64,000 bases of DNA, from NCBI GenBank assembly GCA_963664405.1, contig OY761158.1, forward strand, positions 2,848,001 to 2,912,000. Direction: 5' to 3'. Position numbers and translations under genes: made by a program. The notes beneath the pieces are model-generated. The model ran no database searches, was not told where the DNA came from, and worked only from the letters and a program-made list of their open reading frames with translations. The DNA is from Thermoanaerobaculia bacterium. GTDB taxonomy: Bacteria > Acidobacteriota > Thermoanaerobaculia > Multivoradales > Multivoraceae. Of this stretch, positions 61,389 to 64,000 are shown one piece after another. How positions within the stretch are numbered: position 1 is the stretch's first letter; each line of letters begins with the position of its first letter.

Positions 61389-63297
61389 GTGACCCTGATT
61401 GCAATTGGCTCCCTCCTCGCCGCCGCGATCTCCAGCGCCCTTGCCGGCTATACCTGGAGTCGACGCGCGACCCGAGGCGCCACCTGCTTCACGGGTCTTG
61501 TCGTTTGCATTGCCGGCTGGTGTCTTGCGAGCGCGGGAGGGAGTGTCAGTCCGTCTTTGGAGGCGAAGCTGCTGTGGTCGCAGATAGCTTGTTCCAGCGT
61601 TGCGGTGGGGTCCCTTGTTTGGCTCTTCTTCGCGCTCGAGCACGCTGCCGCTCCGACTATCGCAGAGCGGAAGAGCCTTCTTCTTCTGTTCTTGGTCCCT
61701 TCGGCTACGGTCGCTCTGGTTTGGACCAACTCGATGCACGGTCTGATCTGGGGTGGCGCGTCGATGAGCTCGCCGGACCAGCTGCTTGCCACACCTGGGC
61801 CATGGCTCGTCTGGGCCCATATTCCCTACTCGGTGGCGCTGATCGTGGCCGGACAAGGGGTCCTTATCGCTCACGGTCTTCGTTCTTCCGCCGAGTACCG
61901 ATTGCGCTCCGCGATTCTGACCGTGGCTGCAGCGGTCCCTCTGGTCGTAGGAGCCGCCTTTTTCGGGTCGGCTGCTGCTTCGGGTGCGGACCCGACTCCC
62001 CTCGCTTTCAGCATCGCTACCTTGATCATGGCCTGGGCTCTTTTTTCACGACGCTTTGCGGGCCTTGGGCCATTGGCCTACGAAGCGGTCTTTCGATCCA
62101 TGGGTGACGCCTTGTTTCTCGTCGACGAGAGTGACCGTGTCGTGATGATGAACCCGGAAGCGAGCGCCAGGAGCGGCAAGACGCTCGAGGAGGTTGTTGG
62201 CAAGCCGGTGAGTGAAGTCATCAAACCTTGGAGCGAGGCTCTCGATCATCTCGCGGAGTCGACCCGAGGAAGAGTCGCAGCGGTCCTCGACGAGGAGGGC
62301 GAGACGCGCCAGCTCGAGGTGCGTGTGTTCCCGCTGAACGACTGGAAGGGTGGCTTCCGAGGGAGGGTCTTTGTCAGTCAGGACGTGACCGAGCAGAGTG
62401 CCTTCAGCAAGCTCGAAGAAATGGCCTATCGCGATTTTCTCACCGGGTTGCTCAATCGCAGGGCCTTCTACGAGGAAGCGGAAAAGGCGGTGGTCGTCGC
62501 CCGCCGACGCAGCGACAAGTTCGCCATGGTCCTTCTCGATCTCGACGGCTTCAAGGATGTGAATGACCGCCACGGCCACGCGGCCGGCGATCTTCTGCTC
62601 CAGCGCGTGGCCACACGCCTACATGACGAGCTGCGGAGGGAAGACACTGTTGGCCGGTTGGGCGGCGACGAGTTCGGCGTGATTCTCCAAGACTGCACGA
62701 CCGAGTTCGCTGCGAATACGGTTCATCGCTTGGTTCTGGCGATCAAGAGTCGCCCGTTCGAGATCAAGGAGACGATGGTAGATCTCGATGTGAGCGCCGG
62801 AGTCGCGCTGTTCCCGGAGGCGGGTGACCAAGTCGAAGTCCTGGTGAGCCGGGCCGATGCCGCCATGTATCAAGCCAAGCAGGGCATCGGGGGAATCTGT
62901 TTCTTCGACCCCGAGGGGGACGAGCTCAGCGAGGAGCTCTTGCAGTTGGAATCGGAGATGCGAGACGCCCTCACCAACGAGGAGATGGAGTTTCGCTATC
63001 AGCCCATCTGCAATACGGCGACCGGTGAGGCGGTCGGGGTCGAAGCCTTGGTACGGTGGCGCCATCCCGTCAACGGCATCACCCTCCCAGACGCATTCCT
63101 TTCGAAGTTCAAACAGCGGGGCCTTGCCGTCGATCTCGATAGCCACGTGCTGCGCCGCGTTCTCGAGCAAGTGGCCGAGAGCTCGCTCTCGGTTGCGGTG
63201 AATCTTTCAAGTCAGACCGCCGTCGACGTCGATTTGCCGATCCGGGTCAAGAATCTACTGCGAGCTACCGGTGTCGAACCGCGTCGACTCATACTCG
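61389..63297 (+). pseudogene. HisKA_7TM-PAS-GGDEF-EAL protein truncated within the EAL domain by an IS6 element
   Basis: N-terminal TM region with WTN..H and DPTP; PAS; GGDEF with upstream R.ED; EAL (YQPI…EALVRW…AVNLS) breaks at RRLIL|, where the IS6 IR begins; the frame reads on to a stop at 63692. Confidence 0.88.
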
Positions 63298-64000
63298 GGT
63301 TCTGTCAACTTATCCAAGACGAAGTGGAGTTGTGGCTCGTTCGCGGGCTGCTTGTCTCGGACTCACGCACACGTCACCTGCCGCCAGACACCGAACGAGC
63401 GATCTCGCAGCGTCCTGTGGTTGGCAGAGTTGACGAGGTGCCGGCCAACGCGGAACAGGTTCCGGATGACTCCGTGAGCGGAGAGGAATCGTTGCGCATG
63501 GCCGGGCGATTTGAAGCGGCGCATCTGTCGCTCCCGCTGCCGGGTCGGCTGGTGGGAGACCTCGGCTCGGTTGTTGGCGTACTGCCTCGTGTCGTGCCTG
63601 ACGGAGGGCATGGTGGTCCGATGGGCTGCGCCGTAGCTCCTCAGTTTGTCAGTCACCAGGCGAACCGGCTCTGCGCCTTGGCCCTTCAATAGCTTGCGGA
63701 AGAAGCGTTCCGCTGCTTTCCGATCTCGGCGTGGCTGCACGAGGATGTCGATCACATCGCCGTCCTGGTCGACTGCACGCCAGAGATACTTCCGCCTCCC
63801 CTGGATCGTCACGAAGAGCTCGTCGAGGTACCAGGTATCGCCGAGGCGGCCTTGTCGCCGCTTCAGCGTGCGGGCGTACTCACCACCGAACTTCCTGCAC
63901 CACTGGCGGATCGTCTCGTAGGAGACCGTGATCCCCCGCTCCGCCAGGAGATCCTCGACGTCTCGGAAGCTCAGGCAGAACCGATGATAGAGCCAAACGG
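63298..64000 (-). mobile_element. IS6-family insertion sequence (runs off the window)
   Basis: Terminal GGTTCTGTCAAC at 63298, resembling IS6-family IRs (GG..CTGT); IS6 transposase. Confidence 0.9.
63363..64000 (-). CDS. IS6-family transposase (5' end beyond window)
   Basis: LSFRDVE.LL..RG…SYETIR.W, WYLDE, YLWRAVDQDG, VTDKLRSY, NNRAEVSHQPTR.RER.M..FKS. Confidence 0.93.
   Translation of the reverse strand, partial: VWLYHRFCLSFRDVEDLLAERGITVSYETIRQWCRKFGGEYARTLKRRQGRLGDTWYLDELFVTIQGRRKYLWRAVDQDGDVIDILVQPRRDRKAAERFFRKLLKGQGAEPVRLVTDKLRSYGAAHRTTMPSVRHDTRQYANNRAEVSHQPTRQRERQMRRFKSPGHAQRFLSAHGVIRNLFRVGRHLVNSANHRTLRDRSFGVWRQVTCA

Noticed and set aside
1-64000. CRISPR array
   Set aside because: No regularly spaced 23-47 bp direct repeats with unique spacers were seen; the heptamer array has no spacers

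Overview
High-GC bacterial chromosomal window. The gene set suggests an Acidobacteriota/Thermoanaerobaculia-like genome, but this is inference only. Left part: a CusCBA-type heavy-metal RND operon, then ordinary metabolic and envelope genes (esterase, pdxA, amidase, arylsulfotransferase, PIG-L deacetylase, MFS, RecQ) and an ArnC/ArnB/ArnT-like aminosugar-transfer operon. The 31-56 kb region is accessory and decaying. It holds a TMTC-like TPR glycosyltransferase split by an IS3 element with atypical sub-terminal inverted repeats, several frameshifted or internally deleted pseudogenes, and a nested pair of group II introns (twintron; the inner intron sits in the ribozyme core of an ORF-less outer intron). 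It also holds tRNA-Glu(CTC) and a lower-GC five-gene cassette (NTP-transferase, PLP enzyme, LicD, CDP-alcohol phosphotransferase, histidine phosphatase) bracketed by two paralogous TMTC-like genes. Two ~165-bp palindromic elements at CTAG sites share a covarying structured core but have unrelated terminal stems. The right end has an SDR, an ECF sigma factor, ppx and a GGDEF-EAL gene truncated by an IS6 element. All calls come from reading motifs by eye; no database search was run.
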